From Octopus vulgaris (lineage: Eukaryota), in the NCBI GenBank assembly GCA_951406725.2, contig OX597828.1, positions 12,896,001-12,960,000 on the forward strand: a DNA stretch of 64,000 nucleotides. The letters are read 5' to 3'. Every line of letters begins with the position of its first letter. The first letter of the stretch is position 1. A model generated the notes under the pieces. It was not told the origin of the DNA, ran no database searches, and saw only the letters and a list, made by a program, of their open reading frames with translations. Both the position numbers and the translations under genes were made by a program. Below, piece by piece: positions 15,601 to 29,017 of the stretch.

Positions 15601-15696
15601 CGCACGCACACACACACATATGTGCATAATATATATATATGTAAGTATATATATATGTATATATATATACATATATATATATGCTGTGTGTGTATA

Positions 15697-15748
<52 letters not shown>

Positions 15749-16010
15749 AAAGGATGTGTTATAATACTATTTCACATATACAAAAACAGCTGTACCAACA
15801 ATCCAGCATACTTCCATCATCAGCTATCCCACGGATATCATTATGGTTTCGACACCTTGGCAGTACCATTCAATCCAGCAGTATCAACAACACTAAAATA
15901 AGTGTTGTTTGGGGACAAACAAACCAAAGAAATCACAACTTTCAAACACACACACACACACACATATATATGTATATATATGTACATATATGGTACATAT
16001 ATATATACAT

Positions 16011-16098
<88 letters not shown>

Positions 16099-16135
16099 AA
16101 TTATGTGTATTTAATTCGATCTTTCATTTTTTGAG

Positions 16136-16475
16136 GCACAGGCGTGGCTGTAAGGTACGCGACACTTTGTGTCCAGTAGCTTTTACTATAGCCTCGAGCC
16201 AATCTTGTGACTAGATTTGGTAGACAGAAACTGAAAGGACCTCATCACATATTATGTGATGAAGGTGTCTTTGTGTCTGCATTTGCCCTGCCCTCCACTT
16301 GACAACCGGTGTTCGTGTGCTTACGCCCCCATAACGTAGCAGCTCGGCAAAACAAACCGATAGAATAAGTATCAGGTTTTATAAAACGTTAATTACAGGA
16401 GTTGATTCGTTCGACTAAAATTCTTCAAGGCAGTGCCCCAGCATAGCCGCAATCTACTGACTGAATCAAATAAAT
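16136..16475 (+). mobile_element. SINE family B, degenerate
   Basis: Matches the head, body and GCAGTGCCCCAGCATAGCCGCA tail of family B. Confidence 0.7.
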
Positions 16476-16570
16476 GCTTTATAATGTATAATGCTTTAAC
16501 TTATATTTTCATCACTCCTTTTATTTCCCCGCTTCAGTCTCATATTTTGCTTATCTCTGTCACCCGACAG

Positions 16571-16706
16571 CTTCATCTGGAAGAACTATGCGTGTATTAT
16601 TATGATCTTTACAGCCTGTATAGTTGCACACTCACTGAGTCAGATGCTAAGCCCCTTTGTTGGCAGCTCTAATTCATTACTGATTGCAGACCCACCTGCA
16701 TATTAA
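16571..16706 (+). CDS. Candidate terminal coding exon (FIWKNYACIIMIFTACIVAHSLSQMLSPFVGSSNSLLIADPPAY*)
   Basis: Pyrimidine-rich tract plus CAG acceptor ending at 16570, a 45-codon frame with a hydrophobic stretch, and AATAAA at 16716-16721. No recognisable homology. Confidence 0.25.
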
Positions 16707-16787
16707 TCCCCAAGAAATAAACAATATTTATTCATAATATTTCCTTGAGAAACAGCATAGTTTCAACTTTCTATCAGTAAAACGTTT

Positions 16788-16884
16788 CTCCTGACGATAA
16801 GGATTATGCATCACTTTTAAATTAATATTCTAATATGTTATTATGTAAATAATGATGTTCTATGGCATTGAAACAGCTGTTGAG
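16788..16884 (+). ncRNA. Degenerate minimal type I hammerhead ribozyme (PLE type)
   Basis: CTC-CTGACGA(16791-16797)-T-long imperfect stem II-GAAA-CAGCTG-TT-GAG. Palindromic stem III ACAGCTGT; stem I CTC/GAG. Confidence 0.5.
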
Positions 16885-17118
16885 CACAATTAAAATCTGA
16901 ACAATAAGTAAAGTTTATGCTTTTTTTTTGTCTTTGTAAATATGCTGCTCTTAATTACTGTTTTAACCGATTTTATATATACAAGCAAGTTTGTTCCATC
17001 GTGATTTACGCATAAGATAACGTATTAGAGTCATCAATTGATCTATTATTGTAGATATAAATTTTCATGTTTATAAATCGATTCTCTATGTAGATACCAT
17101 TAATGATTATGCATTTAT

Positions 17119-17237
<119 letters not shown>

Positions 17238-17519
17238 CAGACAGACGGACGGACGGACAGATAGACAGTGTATCTATAAATTACATTTGCAATTCGAAAA
17301 ATTCAGAAAAAAAAGTAAGTATAACTCTGGAGATTGCGTGCAACCAATGGAGCTCACGTGGATTTGTTCTGATGCTTCTAATAAAACTTTATTTGCCTCT
17401 ATTTTCCAATAAACTTTGCTTAGTTATCCAAAAATTTTCTTTTCTGAATTTTTCAAATTGTAATGGTAATTTATGGACACACCCTGAATTATAAATAATA
17501 GTAGTAATAGCAGCAGCAA

Positions 17520-17604
<85 letters not shown>

Positions 17605-18543
17605 TTTATTACAACTATGTCCTAAACGATTTCTTAACCTCTTGCTTTGAATAAATAACAGAATTCGTCTTTCGAAACTTTGTACCAAATTAACCCAATA
17701 ATTCACCTCCCATTGTATTCCGAACTAACCAGATATCGATATAAATATAACATATATAAAAATTAAACTATAACCCTCAGCTACTTTGCACCTTACACAC
17801 GATATGCATAACGGTTTTATTTTAAACTCTACCTACTTTTCACTCTTACTCTGCGTTCCGCCATCTTTTTCTTTCCCTTCGTTCCCATACGTAATGAATA
17901 CTATTAGCCTTCATCGTTTGTTCTCGTAAAGTTTTTTTTTCCGGCAACCAAAATAAAATTTATGCATTTCAAATTTGAACTAAGTAAAATAGATGAATAA
18001 ATAAAAACTACTCTGCATTTAAACCCATCGATACTTTTCTTTAGATTTGGAAATCGGTTTATCTTCATGAACACAAACGTGTAAATAGATGTGTGTATAC
18101 AGTTGTATACATGTATAAGTGTATATATATATATATAGATATATGTATGCATGTATTTATGCGCGTGTGTGTGTGTTTGTTTGTGTGTGTGTGTGTGTGT
18201 GTGTATGTGTGTGTGTACTGAAGTATACTTATATATGTATACCTATAGATGTAGATGTGTCTGCAAGAAGTTATATATGCACACACACGCATACACAGAC
18301 ACACACACATATATGTATGTGCATATGTGTGTGTATGTGTATCATATGTATTCATATATATATATACATCACACACATATATATACACACATACATACAA
18401 ATATATATACATCACACATATATATACACATATATATATATATACATATATATACACATATATATGTGTGTGTACACAGATTTATATATGTATGTATGTG
18501 TGTGCATATATATATATATATTCATATATATATACATATACAT

Positions 18544-18602
<59 letters not shown>

Positions 18603-18617
18603 CACACACAACGACGC

Positions 18618-18650
<33 letters not shown>

Positions 18651-18742
18651 ATATGTATATGAGATATTGAAACAAGTTAAGTCAACACAACCTAGAGGAA
18701 TAGAAGAATCTATTTGAACGTTACTTTCAATCTGATAATTAC

Positions 18743-18776
<34 letters not shown>

Positions 18777-18866
18777 CACACACACATGCACACATTCATA
18801 CATACATTCATACATACATACATACATACATACATACATACATACATACATACATACATACATACA

Positions 18867-18900
<34 letters not shown>

Positions 18901-19646
18901 GATATATATAAAGATGGGTATTGGGCTAAAAAAATATTTCATATCTCACGAGATTTAACGGCATTCAATGCGGTTTTTGTTTGTATGCGTGTGTGTACTT
19001 CTGTACTTCTGCGTACAGATATGTATGTTCGTGTGTTTATGCCTCTGTAAATGTGTGTGCATGTATAAATATATGTAAATATAGATATTCTATAATTGTG
19101 TGTGTATGCATATACATATATTGTACATATATATATATATATAAGTATACATACACATACACAAACATACGCTTATATGCTATATGAGTTTGAAAGACGC
19201 AACGAATATATACACACGCATACATACATGGAAGCTAACATATAGATATATATACATATAATCATTCAATAACCTACATTCAACCTGAATAAATGTACAC
19301 ACACATACATACACACTCATATATAAAACATATAGATATATATTAAATTTATATAAAACATAGATATGTATTATATATATATAGATATAAATACTCATGT
19401 ATATTTATACATAAAAATAAATAAATAAATAAAATAATAATAAAAAATATATATATATATATATATATATTTAAAATTTATAAGTTTAATTTATTAATTT
19501 AAATAATTTTTTTAAAATTATAACTTTAATTTAAATATTTTAATTGGATTTTTTATATTTTATATTTTAAATTAATTTTATTTCTATGTATTGGCTTATG
19601 ATTTTCACTGTTTGATTTGCCTAATAGTGGTTTTATCTCTAATTTA

Positions 19647-19714
<68 letters not shown>

Positions 19715-19717
<3 letters not shown>

Positions 19718-20520
19718 GACAATTAACAAGAATGGAGCTGAACGACGAATTAACAAAATGCCTTTATTTTCGACATATGTTTCGAAGGCTGCATATACCT
19801 AATTGCGAAAGAATAAGGAGTACATTATGCCGCTTTCTCATCAGGAAAAGCAAGGAACTTATGTCAACATCAAAATGCACAAAAAACTTTTAGATGATTG
19901 CTGCTCACACGGAGCCCATAGCGATAATGAGTGTCTCTTTAAAATATTCCTTTATAAGGAGTGACGTCAAAGTGGTTGAATGTAGAAGAATCTAGAAGGT
20001 TCTAAAGGTTCAAGGGTTCAAACGAAGTTGGAGGAGAGAGGCATAAGAATAGGAAGGTGAAAGGGTGCAAGGTCATATGAATGGTGGATTTTGTTAATTT
20101 CTTTTGTGAATGAGTGCCTGTGTGTGTGACTGTATATAACTGCGTTAATGTGTGTGTGTGTGTATGTATGTGTATGCGTGATTGTGTATGTGGATGGGTA
20201 GATGTCAGAAAACAGACAGTGGTGAGGTGAGAGGGTTGTGTCAGTGTGTTTGATTGTGCTTACTATAGAAAGAGGGAAATAGAGAGAGAAAGAGAGAGAA
20301 AGAGGAGGGCGAGGTAGAGGGACTAAGGCAACACATACCTCACTGGGTTGGGTAGTAGTTCTTTGAAAGAATAAAAAAAAATTTTATGACTATGGGGGTG
20401 ACATATATAAAAAAAAGAAGTTATATTAATTAAAATTCAAGGGGTTATCTATATAAATCATTAAATAAAATAGAAATTAATGAAATATGTATCAGAGTGG
20501 AAAGAATATTGGAATTCATA
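19715..20520 (-). mobile_element. Probable Penelope-like element 3' remnant hosting the hammerhead
   Basis: Hammerhead plus AATAAA, ending in (TA)n, preceded by a microsatellite-rich spacer. Same layout as 14013-15268. Confidence 0.5.
19767..19849 (-). ncRNA. Minimal type I hammerhead ribozyme with intact core
   Basis: Minus strand reads UUUUC-CUGAUGA-GAAAGCGGCAUA..UAUGCAGCCUUC-GAAA-CAUAUG-UC-GAAAA. Stem I 5 bp, stem II 12 positions with 2 mismatches, palindromic stem III ACAUAUGU, GUC cleavage triplet, AATAAA directly downstream. Confidence 0.8.
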
Positions 20521-20537
20521 TGACTGAGTATATCGTT

Positions 20538-20606
<69 letters not shown>

Positions 20607-20657
20607 TACATACAAGAGAGAGAGAAAAAAAGAGATGGATATATGTTTGTATAGATG

Positions 20658-20729
<72 letters not shown>

Positions 20730-20732
20730 TGA

Positions 20733-20776
<44 letters not shown>

Positions 20777-20933
20777 AAGTATATGAATTTATTTATAAAA
20801 ATATGGATGCAAGAGTGTATGTGAATCCATATACATGTAAATACTTAAATATGCGTATGTATGTATGCATACATATATGTGTGTGTGTGTAGATATAGAT
20901 ATATTTGTGTGTCTGTGTGTGGATATAGATATA

Positions 20934-21026
<93 letters not shown>

Positions 21027-22145
21027 ATTTATTTTACTTATCCACTTGACGTTTAATTAAAAGTTTACTTCGGCAGTCTTGCGTGTTGACTGAGATAAAG
21101 TCATCCCGCGAGAGCGATTCAATCAGCAGAACTTATTGTTTGCTTGGTTTTATTAGAAATTGAAATAGTCGCCAATCGAACGACTGAAAAGCAATTTATT
21201 GGAACCGAATATCACTTCTCTCCTGCCATTCAATCACTCAGCATGTATATATGTGCTATTGTGTGTGTATATGTGTACACCAGTGTGTGTATACTTATGT
21301 TTCAGTGATTCTTAGTGTTAGTGCTTATTAACGCATGGGCCATGTGTGTAATTGTCTACGTTTCTCAGTGAGTCATTTTGGTGCGTGTACTTGTGCAAAT
21401 ATAGATGTGTTTATCTGCTATATGCATATGTGAATGAGATTGTGTAGGAATTCTATGCGTTTGTGAATGAATGTGGTAGACAGGGGTGAGACAGAAGGAT
21501 TGCATGAGGAGAGAAACTATATTGTATTTTATCATCTTTTGGTTTTGTTTTGCTTTCCTTCTCTGCTGGTATTTTAAACAAATCGACTCAACGGTCAATG
21601 ACTTTGTATCGATTTGTGATGATGTAAAAAATAAACTGGAATTATATGCGTGTGTGTGTGTGTATGTGTGTGTGCGTGTGTGTGTGTTCATATATATTCA
21701 TATGTATTCACATACATACATAACATACTCACACACAAATATATATATACATACATGCATATATTTATATATTTACACATACACGTTTATATATATACAT
21801 ATATATATATGTATGTATATTCATATATGTATATATGTATATGTATGTATATTCATATATGTATATATAAAAGTGTGTGTGTGTGTGTATGTGTGTGTTT
21901 GTAGAAATCAATGTATCAACTTTATCAGCATCATTACCACCGAATAATTAATTCTTGTGTATGGTGTCAGAATTAAAGCTACCATCATGATCGAAATACA
22001 TCATGTTAAGATCGTATCAATGTATTAAGTTCGCGATAAGGCAAATTGCTTGAAACTTTGGGGGTGTCATTTAGAATAACAATTTGGGGTATTTGGGCGG
22101 TTCTCTGCTTCACCGAGGACATGCTTAAGGTGATAAACTAATACC

Positions 22146-22266
22146 CAGCACTGGATTAACCATTTTATGGTTTATTATTGTTTATATTTTGAATTTCATG
22201 ATCTTTTATGGGGGTACCAAAATCTTTTAATTGCTTAGGGCCTCGATGGGTCTTAATCCGGCCCTG
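22146..22266. mobile_element. hAT-type MITE (121 bp)
   Basis: TIRs CAGCACTGGATTAA / TTAATCCGGCCCTG. 8-bp TSD CTAATACC (22138-22145) / CTAATGCC (22267-22274). Confidence 0.7.
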
Positions 22267-22417
22267 CTAATGCCTGTTCAGATTGGTAGAGTAGTAAGTG
22301 AAACAGAGGAGAGGCTTTAATGCATCTTGTTTTGGCTCTCTTCGTCTTTAATTTCAAATTTTCCAGCTTATTGGAGGTTAGATTGTTGCAAAGAACTCAC
22401 CCCGATTCAATATGTAC

Positions 22418-22503
<86 letters not shown>

Positions 22504-22516
22504 GTTACAAAAGAAC

Positions 22517-22672
22517 AGGAGTTGCATAATAACCTTCATTAGCTTACGGGCGTTTCTGCTGTAGGAAGCAGTGCACTCAAAGCGGGGTGTTTGTGCAACA
22601 TCCAGAACTTGAGTGCACTGACTCTCATAGCAGAAGCGTCTGTGAGCTAACGATGGTGATTACGTAACTCCT
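22517..22672. repeat. Long inverted repeat/hairpin, 64-bp ungapped arms
   Basis: 22517-22580 aligns without gaps to the reverse complement of 22609-22672 (50/64 identical). The loop has further pairing GGGTGTT/AACATCC. Confidence 0.85.
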
Positions 22673-22819
22673 ACTCATTGGTCAATTAATAATTCGTATT
22701 ATACTCTGTACTCGCTTAACGCTTTACTCTAAAGCATAAATAGATTGAGTTCTAACAACTGATTATTAGTGTCACTATACGTAAAAGAAATCCGTATATG
22801 TATATATATATACATATAG

Positions 22820-23088
<269 letters not shown>

Positions 23089-23261
23089 TAAAATAAACAG
23101 CAGTTTGCAATGTTTTACCAAAAAGGAAAACTACAGTGAAATGAAGTGTTTTGCTTAAAGGACACAACGCACCACCCCTCTAAGAATCGAAACCGTCACG
23201 ATCCTGCAGTCGTGAGTGCGATACGCTAACAACTAGGCCACGCGCCTTCACATGTGTGTGC

Positions 23262-23321
<60 letters not shown>

Positions 23322-23388
23322 ATGTGTGTGTGCGTGTTTGTCTGTGTTTATGTGTATGTATGTCGTATGTTTGTGTATAAAAGATATA

Positions 23389-23793
<405 letters not shown>

Positions 23794-24057
23794 AGAGAAA
23801 GAGAGAGGGAGAGATTGCGTGTGAATGAACTCCGATGCACTCACAAAAACCAATGTGGTACAAATTCAGAAATGCCCTACACCTCCAGATGGTTGCAACA
23901 TGATTTTCATTTCGTTTCATTCTTGTTTTAGATTTATAAGACGTTCCTTTGTTTATTTTCTCATAATTATTAATATTTCTTATAATTAATATTTCTATTA
24001 GCGTGGCGTATAATGAGTGTCGGTAACAGTTAGGGCCGACGCTATGCATCAATAAAA

Positions 24058-24288
24058 CTAAGTGACGCCTGGAGCGCTAAATCGACAAACCATCTAGACA
24101 AAAATTTTAAACTAGTTTGTTGTGGGTGGGGTCATTGCCCGAACAATGAAACACAGAGGACATTTAGTGATGTGAAAGTTTCGTGTGGGAGATGGGGTCA
24201 TATGACGTGTCACATGATTTGGCGCGAAATATTTCAAATGTTGTCCAGTAACAGGCTTACTCAGTAACAGGTTTATATATATATACGA
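24058..24288 (-). mobile_element. Possible non-autonomous Helitron
   Basis: Minus strand starts A^TC followed by (TA)n and ends with a GC-rich hairpin GCGCT-CCA-GGCGT and CTTAG^T (canonical end is CTRR). Confidence 0.45.
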
Positions 24289-24532
24289 TCATAAGACTAT
24301 AAACTAGCATAGGCATGGCTGCGTGGTTAAGAAACTTGCTTTAACAATTACGTCGTTTTGGATTCAGTTTCATTGTGTTGCAAATATAAATACAGCAGTA
24401 ACTGGCTTATTGAAAGTGTATATACATTTAGTATGATCCATAGATGACTATTTTAGTTAAATACTGCCTCACTTGCATTTACCAGAAATAAACTATTTAA
24501 ACTAGGTTCGATATTTACATGTTTTAAACATA

Positions 24533-24897
24533 GGCGTTGGAGAGACTGTGTGGTAAGAAGCTTGCTTACCAACCACATAGTTCCGGGTTCAGTCCCACCG
24601 CATGGCGCCTTGGGCGAGTGTCTTCTACTGTAGCTTCGAGCCTCGTGAGTGGATTTGGTAGACGGAAACTGAAAGAAACCCATCATGTGTGTGTGTTTGT
24701 GTGTCTGTGTTTGTCCCTCCACCATCGCTTGACAATCGATGTTGGTGTGTTTACCTCCTCGTCACTTAACAGTTCAGCAAAAGGGGTCCGATGCAGTAAG
24801 TACTAGGCTTGCAAAGAATAAGTCGTGGGTTCTATTTGTTCGACTAAAGGCGGTGCTCCAGTATGGCCGCAGTCAAATTCCTGAAACAAGTAATAAA
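24533..24897 (+). mobile_element. SINE family B
   Basis: Full-length match to the copy at 9264. Confidence 0.85.
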
Positions 24898-25283
24898 AAA
24901 AAAGATATTTTTCAAGAAGCATCTTTGTTGAGATTAGAACACGAGTTCTATATTGTACTGCAGTTTCAGGTCAAGGATAAACGAGGTCGCAGCAAGTGTG
25001 GGACAAAATAACAGTGTCCAGCTCGCTGCTGATTCAGACCATAGATGTGCGTGAGGGAGCAGCTAATGCTAGACAGAGCAATAAATTGTCCAGTCCATTG
25101 AAGTTTTAAGCCAAGGGAAATACCCAAAGTGTTCAAAATGTTTCGTTCTCATTTTTTCACATGTCATCGATTTTTGCTCTGAGGAACAGATGTTATAAAC
25201 TATGTAATCGATTACAGTACATTTGACCTTGCACTTTTAACCGAAGAAATGGCGAGTGAGACGTTCTCACTTCAGAGCATCTA

Positions 25284-26081
25284 TTGGGTTGTCCGGAAAG
25301 TTCGTGCCGATTTATAGTAGCTTACCTTTCGACTTATTTTAGAACATGGTTGAGTACATAAAATAGGATTTGACTACACCTCCATTTAGAGCACAGTTTA
25401 AGCTATCTTTTTGTGGAAGAAGGTTTATGTTCCTATAACCTGTGTTAATTTTGAAAACCCTTTAAAATGGAAGATAAAAAAGTTCATTTTCGGTACTTGA
25501 TGCTTTGGGAACCAGACAAAAATTGCTGCAGCTCGGCTGGGATGTGTTACCTCACCCTCCATATTCACCAGATATTGCTCCTTCGGATTTCCACTTATTC
25601 AGGTCTCTGCAGAATAGTCTTAATGGTAAAAATTTCAATTCCTTGGATGACGCAAAAAGATACCTATTTCTTTATTACCCACAAGGGGCTAAACATAGAG
25701 AGGACAAACAAGGACAGACATAGGTATTAAGTCGATTACATCGACCCCAGTGTGTAACTGGTACTTAATTTACCGACCCCGAAAGGATGAAAGGCAAAGT
25801 CGACCTCGGCGGAATTTGAACTCAGAACGTAACGGCAGACGAAATACCGTTAAACATTTCGCCCGACGTGCTAACGTATCTGCTAGCTCACCGACTTGAT
25901 GAATTCTTTGCTATGAAACCACTTCAATTCTGGGAAGAGATTATTTTCAAGTTAAAGGAAAGATGGAGAGGCATTGTGCAACAAAACGGTTCATATTTGT
26001 TTGATTAAAAATGTAATGGCAAGTATTTATTGACCTTTTTCTTTCCTTTAAAAACCGGCACGAACTTTCCGGACAACCCAA
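25284..26081 (+). mobile_element. Internally deleted mariner element with nested SINE
   Basis: Perfect 26-bp TIR TTGGGTTGTCCGGAAAGTTCGTGCCG with TA on both sides. N-terminal MEDKKVHFRYLMLWE is fused to C-terminal TRQKLLQLGWDVLPHPPYSPDIAPSDFHLF, which resumes as DEFFAMK..ERWRGIVQQNGSY after the SINE. Confidence 0.92.
25660..25895 (-). mobile_element. SINE family A inserted in the mariner
   Basis: Matches family A (8122) and interrupts the KRYL|DEFF reading. Confidence 0.88.
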
Positions 26082-26729
26082 TATTTACATACAGCTGGAC
26101 GACCTAAATTAGCAAAAACTGGATGTTTCCGCGTGGAAAGAGATACGAACTGACAATTTTGTTGATCCACGTTTAGTCATGTTGTTCTCTGTTACTAATA
26201 TTGTATGTAACAATGTCTTACTTTCTCCAGTGCCATTTGACTAAACAGCCTCAAAACCTACCATAGACTCATAATTCTTTATAACTTTGGCACAAGACTG
26301 GCAATTTTTTGAAGAGAGGCGGCAAGTCAATAATTGGCCCCAGTCAATAATTGACTGGTATTTTAGTGTATCGACCCCAAAAGAATGAAAAACAAATCTG
26401 ACCTCGGCGAGATTTGAGCACAGGACATAAAGAGTTGGAATTTCCATGAATTAATAATGGTTTCAAATTTTAGCACGGGGGCGGCAGTTTTTTTTTTTTT
26501 TTTAAGGGGAGGAAGAAATCACTTATCAGTACTTGATTGATAGTTATTTTATCGACCCCGAAAGTATGAAAGGCAAAGTAGACCTCTGCAGAATTTGAAC
26601 TCAGAACGTAAAACCGGACGAAAAAAAAGAAAAGCATTTCGTCCACCGTGCTAACGATTCTGCCACCTTGCTGTCTTCCCATGAACAAATGATGCCATTG
26701 AATTAGAGATGCTAATAATTGTTTTACTT

Positions 26730-27000
26730 ATTTCAGTTATTTGACTGCGGTCAAGGGTTTTAGTCGAACAAATCGACCCCAGGACATACTTTTTAAAAGC
26801 TTAGTACTTATTCTATCGGTCTTCTTTTGCCGAACCGCTACGTTACGGGAACATAAACACAAACACCGGTTGTCAAGCGGTGATGGGGGCGGGGATAAAC
26901 ACAAACACAAAGACACACTCATAGATATATATATATATAGATATGAATATACGAAGGGCTTCTTTCCGTTTCCGTCTACCAAATCCACTAACAAGGCTTT
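26730..27000 (-). mobile_element. SINE family B, 3' part
   Basis: Reverse complement of the family B body. Confidence 0.75.
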
Positions 27001-27010
27001 CAAGCGAAGC

Positions 27011-27129
27011 TGTAAACAGCGGAAGTGAACTCGAATGTTAAAACTTAACACGCATGCACAACAGAGTTCAAGGTCAATCTATGCCAAACGGCTTTACTCT
27101 GAGAGCTTTAGCTTCGTTACTATGGCAAC
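27011..27129. promoter_or_regulatory. Candidate cis-regulatory cluster (FOX, ETS, nuclear-receptor, RFX X-box)
   Basis: TGTAAACA 27011-27018, GCGGAAGTG 27019-27027, TCAAGGTCA 27068-27076, GTTACTATGGCAAC 27116-27129. Confidence 0.3.
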
Positions 27130-27224
27130 AGTCCGGATACTTATTGATCAGACCATGTATATGATGACCTAAAAATTAAATTGCATACCTTACAAAAAGA
27201 AACTGACTTGATCGAGAAATATTA

Positions 27225-27618
27225 GTTTCAAATTTTGGCACAAGGCCAGCAATTTCAGGGAAAGGAAAGTCGATTATATTGATTCCAGTGCTCAACTGAT
27301 AGTGATTTTATAGACCCCGAAAGGATGAAAGACAAAGTCGACCTCGGCGAAATTTGAACTCAGAACGTAACGGCAGACGAAACATCTATTTCTTTACTAC
27401 CCACAAGGGGCTAAACACAGAGAGATACAAACAAGGACAGACAGAGGGATTAGTCGATTATATCGACCCCAGTGCTTAACTGGTATTTCTTTAATCGACC
27501 CCGAAAGGATAAAAAGGTAAAGCCGACCTCGGCGGAATTTGAACTCAGAACGTAACGGCAGACGAAACACCGCTAAGCATTTCACCCGGCGTGCTAACGA
27601 TTCTGCCAGCTCGCTGCC
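27225..27618 (-). mobile_element. SINE family A, dimeric/chimeric
   Basis: Two family A units head-to-tail. The second ends in the alternative tail CCTTGTGCCAAAATTTGAAAC. Confidence 0.82.
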
Positions 27619-28319
27619 TTTTGATAGAAAAATATCACAAACTTATTTAGATTCAGAATATAAATTCTATAAAATCAAGTACTTTTTTCTTTCTTTTTAC
27701 ATTCTAGGAACACGAAAAAATTTCTCTTTGTTCCCCCGTGATATAAGTCTTTGAATTAATCTGCATATTTATTTGTGGTTAGCATTTTTTTTTCAACGTC
27801 ATGCGCATTAAATACGTTAAGACAGTCTTATTGTTTTTTCATCTGGATAGTGTCTGTGAATAATTTTAATCTTCCAATTTTAAAGTCGATAAAAGGAAGT
27901 ATCAATATAATATGCTATGATCGATTTAGTAGTCTAAAACATCTGTTCCTCGGAGCAAAAATCAATAATTTGTATAAAAATGAGAAGCCAGTATTTGGAA
28001 TACCTTTGGGGGATTTTTCTTTTGAGAAGACACGTGGATATAACGTAAATATCTCCTTCCCTCGCCCATGCCCTGGAATTGTGGCGACTTGGGCACCTCT
28101 CCTTATCAATGAACTGCTTGTGATTCTGAGCAGATATTTACTTTCAGATAATACAAGATACACATACACTGGTGCCTGTGTGCACGTGTATGCACGTACC
28201 TGCATACACAGCTGCACTATTTTATGTGAGGTTGGGAAACATCGGTATCAGTATGTGGTGGGGAGAGAGACAGAGGTAGAGAGAGAGAGAGAATACAGCG
28301 TAGGTAAGCAATAAATGTA

Positions 28320-28481
28320 GGCGTAGGAGTGACTGTGTGGTAAGTATTTTGCTTACCAACCACATGGTTCTGGGTTCAGTACCACTGCGTAGCACCTTGG
28401 GCAAGTGTCTTCTACTATATAGCCTCGGGCTGACCAAAGCCTTGTTAGGGGATTTGGTAGACGGAAACTGAAAGAATCCTG

Positions 28482-28560
<79 letters not shown>

Positions 28561-28730
28561 TCCCCCAACATCGCTTGACAACCGATGCTGGTGTGTTTAC
28601 GTCCTCGTAACTTAGCGGTTCGGCAAAAGAATAAGAATAAGTCCTGGAGTCGATTTGCTCGACTTAAGGCGGTGCTCCAGCATGGCCGAAGTCAAATGAC
28701 TGAAACAAGAGAGTAAAGAGTAAAAGAGTA
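28320..28730 (+). mobile_element. SINE family B
   Basis: Full-length match with internal (TG)n and an AAGAGT tail. Confidence 0.85.
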
Positions 28731-29017
28731 TATATAGCCCACATCGTAATGTCGTAATGATACCGTAGTTATTAATGTCGGTTTGCCAACCTAGCATCAT
28801 ATATGTAGAAGAATTACGGCTGACACAGTCATGTTTGTATTTTAATAAATATTCTTCCGCTACTGACGTTCAGCAACATATAAAAGTAAATGGGAACAAA
28901 TTTTGATGAGTTCTTAAGAGTTGAAGCTCGTAGTTCTATTCTCATTCTCAACAGTGAAAGAAAAAAAATAAGAGTGGCCTGAGAAACGGGTTTAAATTCA
29001 CAGTGAGACTAAAATAT

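Noticed and set aside
27775-28314. 179-aa ORF containing KPVFGIPL (RhoGAP-like start)
   Set aside because: No acceptor or donor around the motif and no further domain similarity; it runs into simple repeats.
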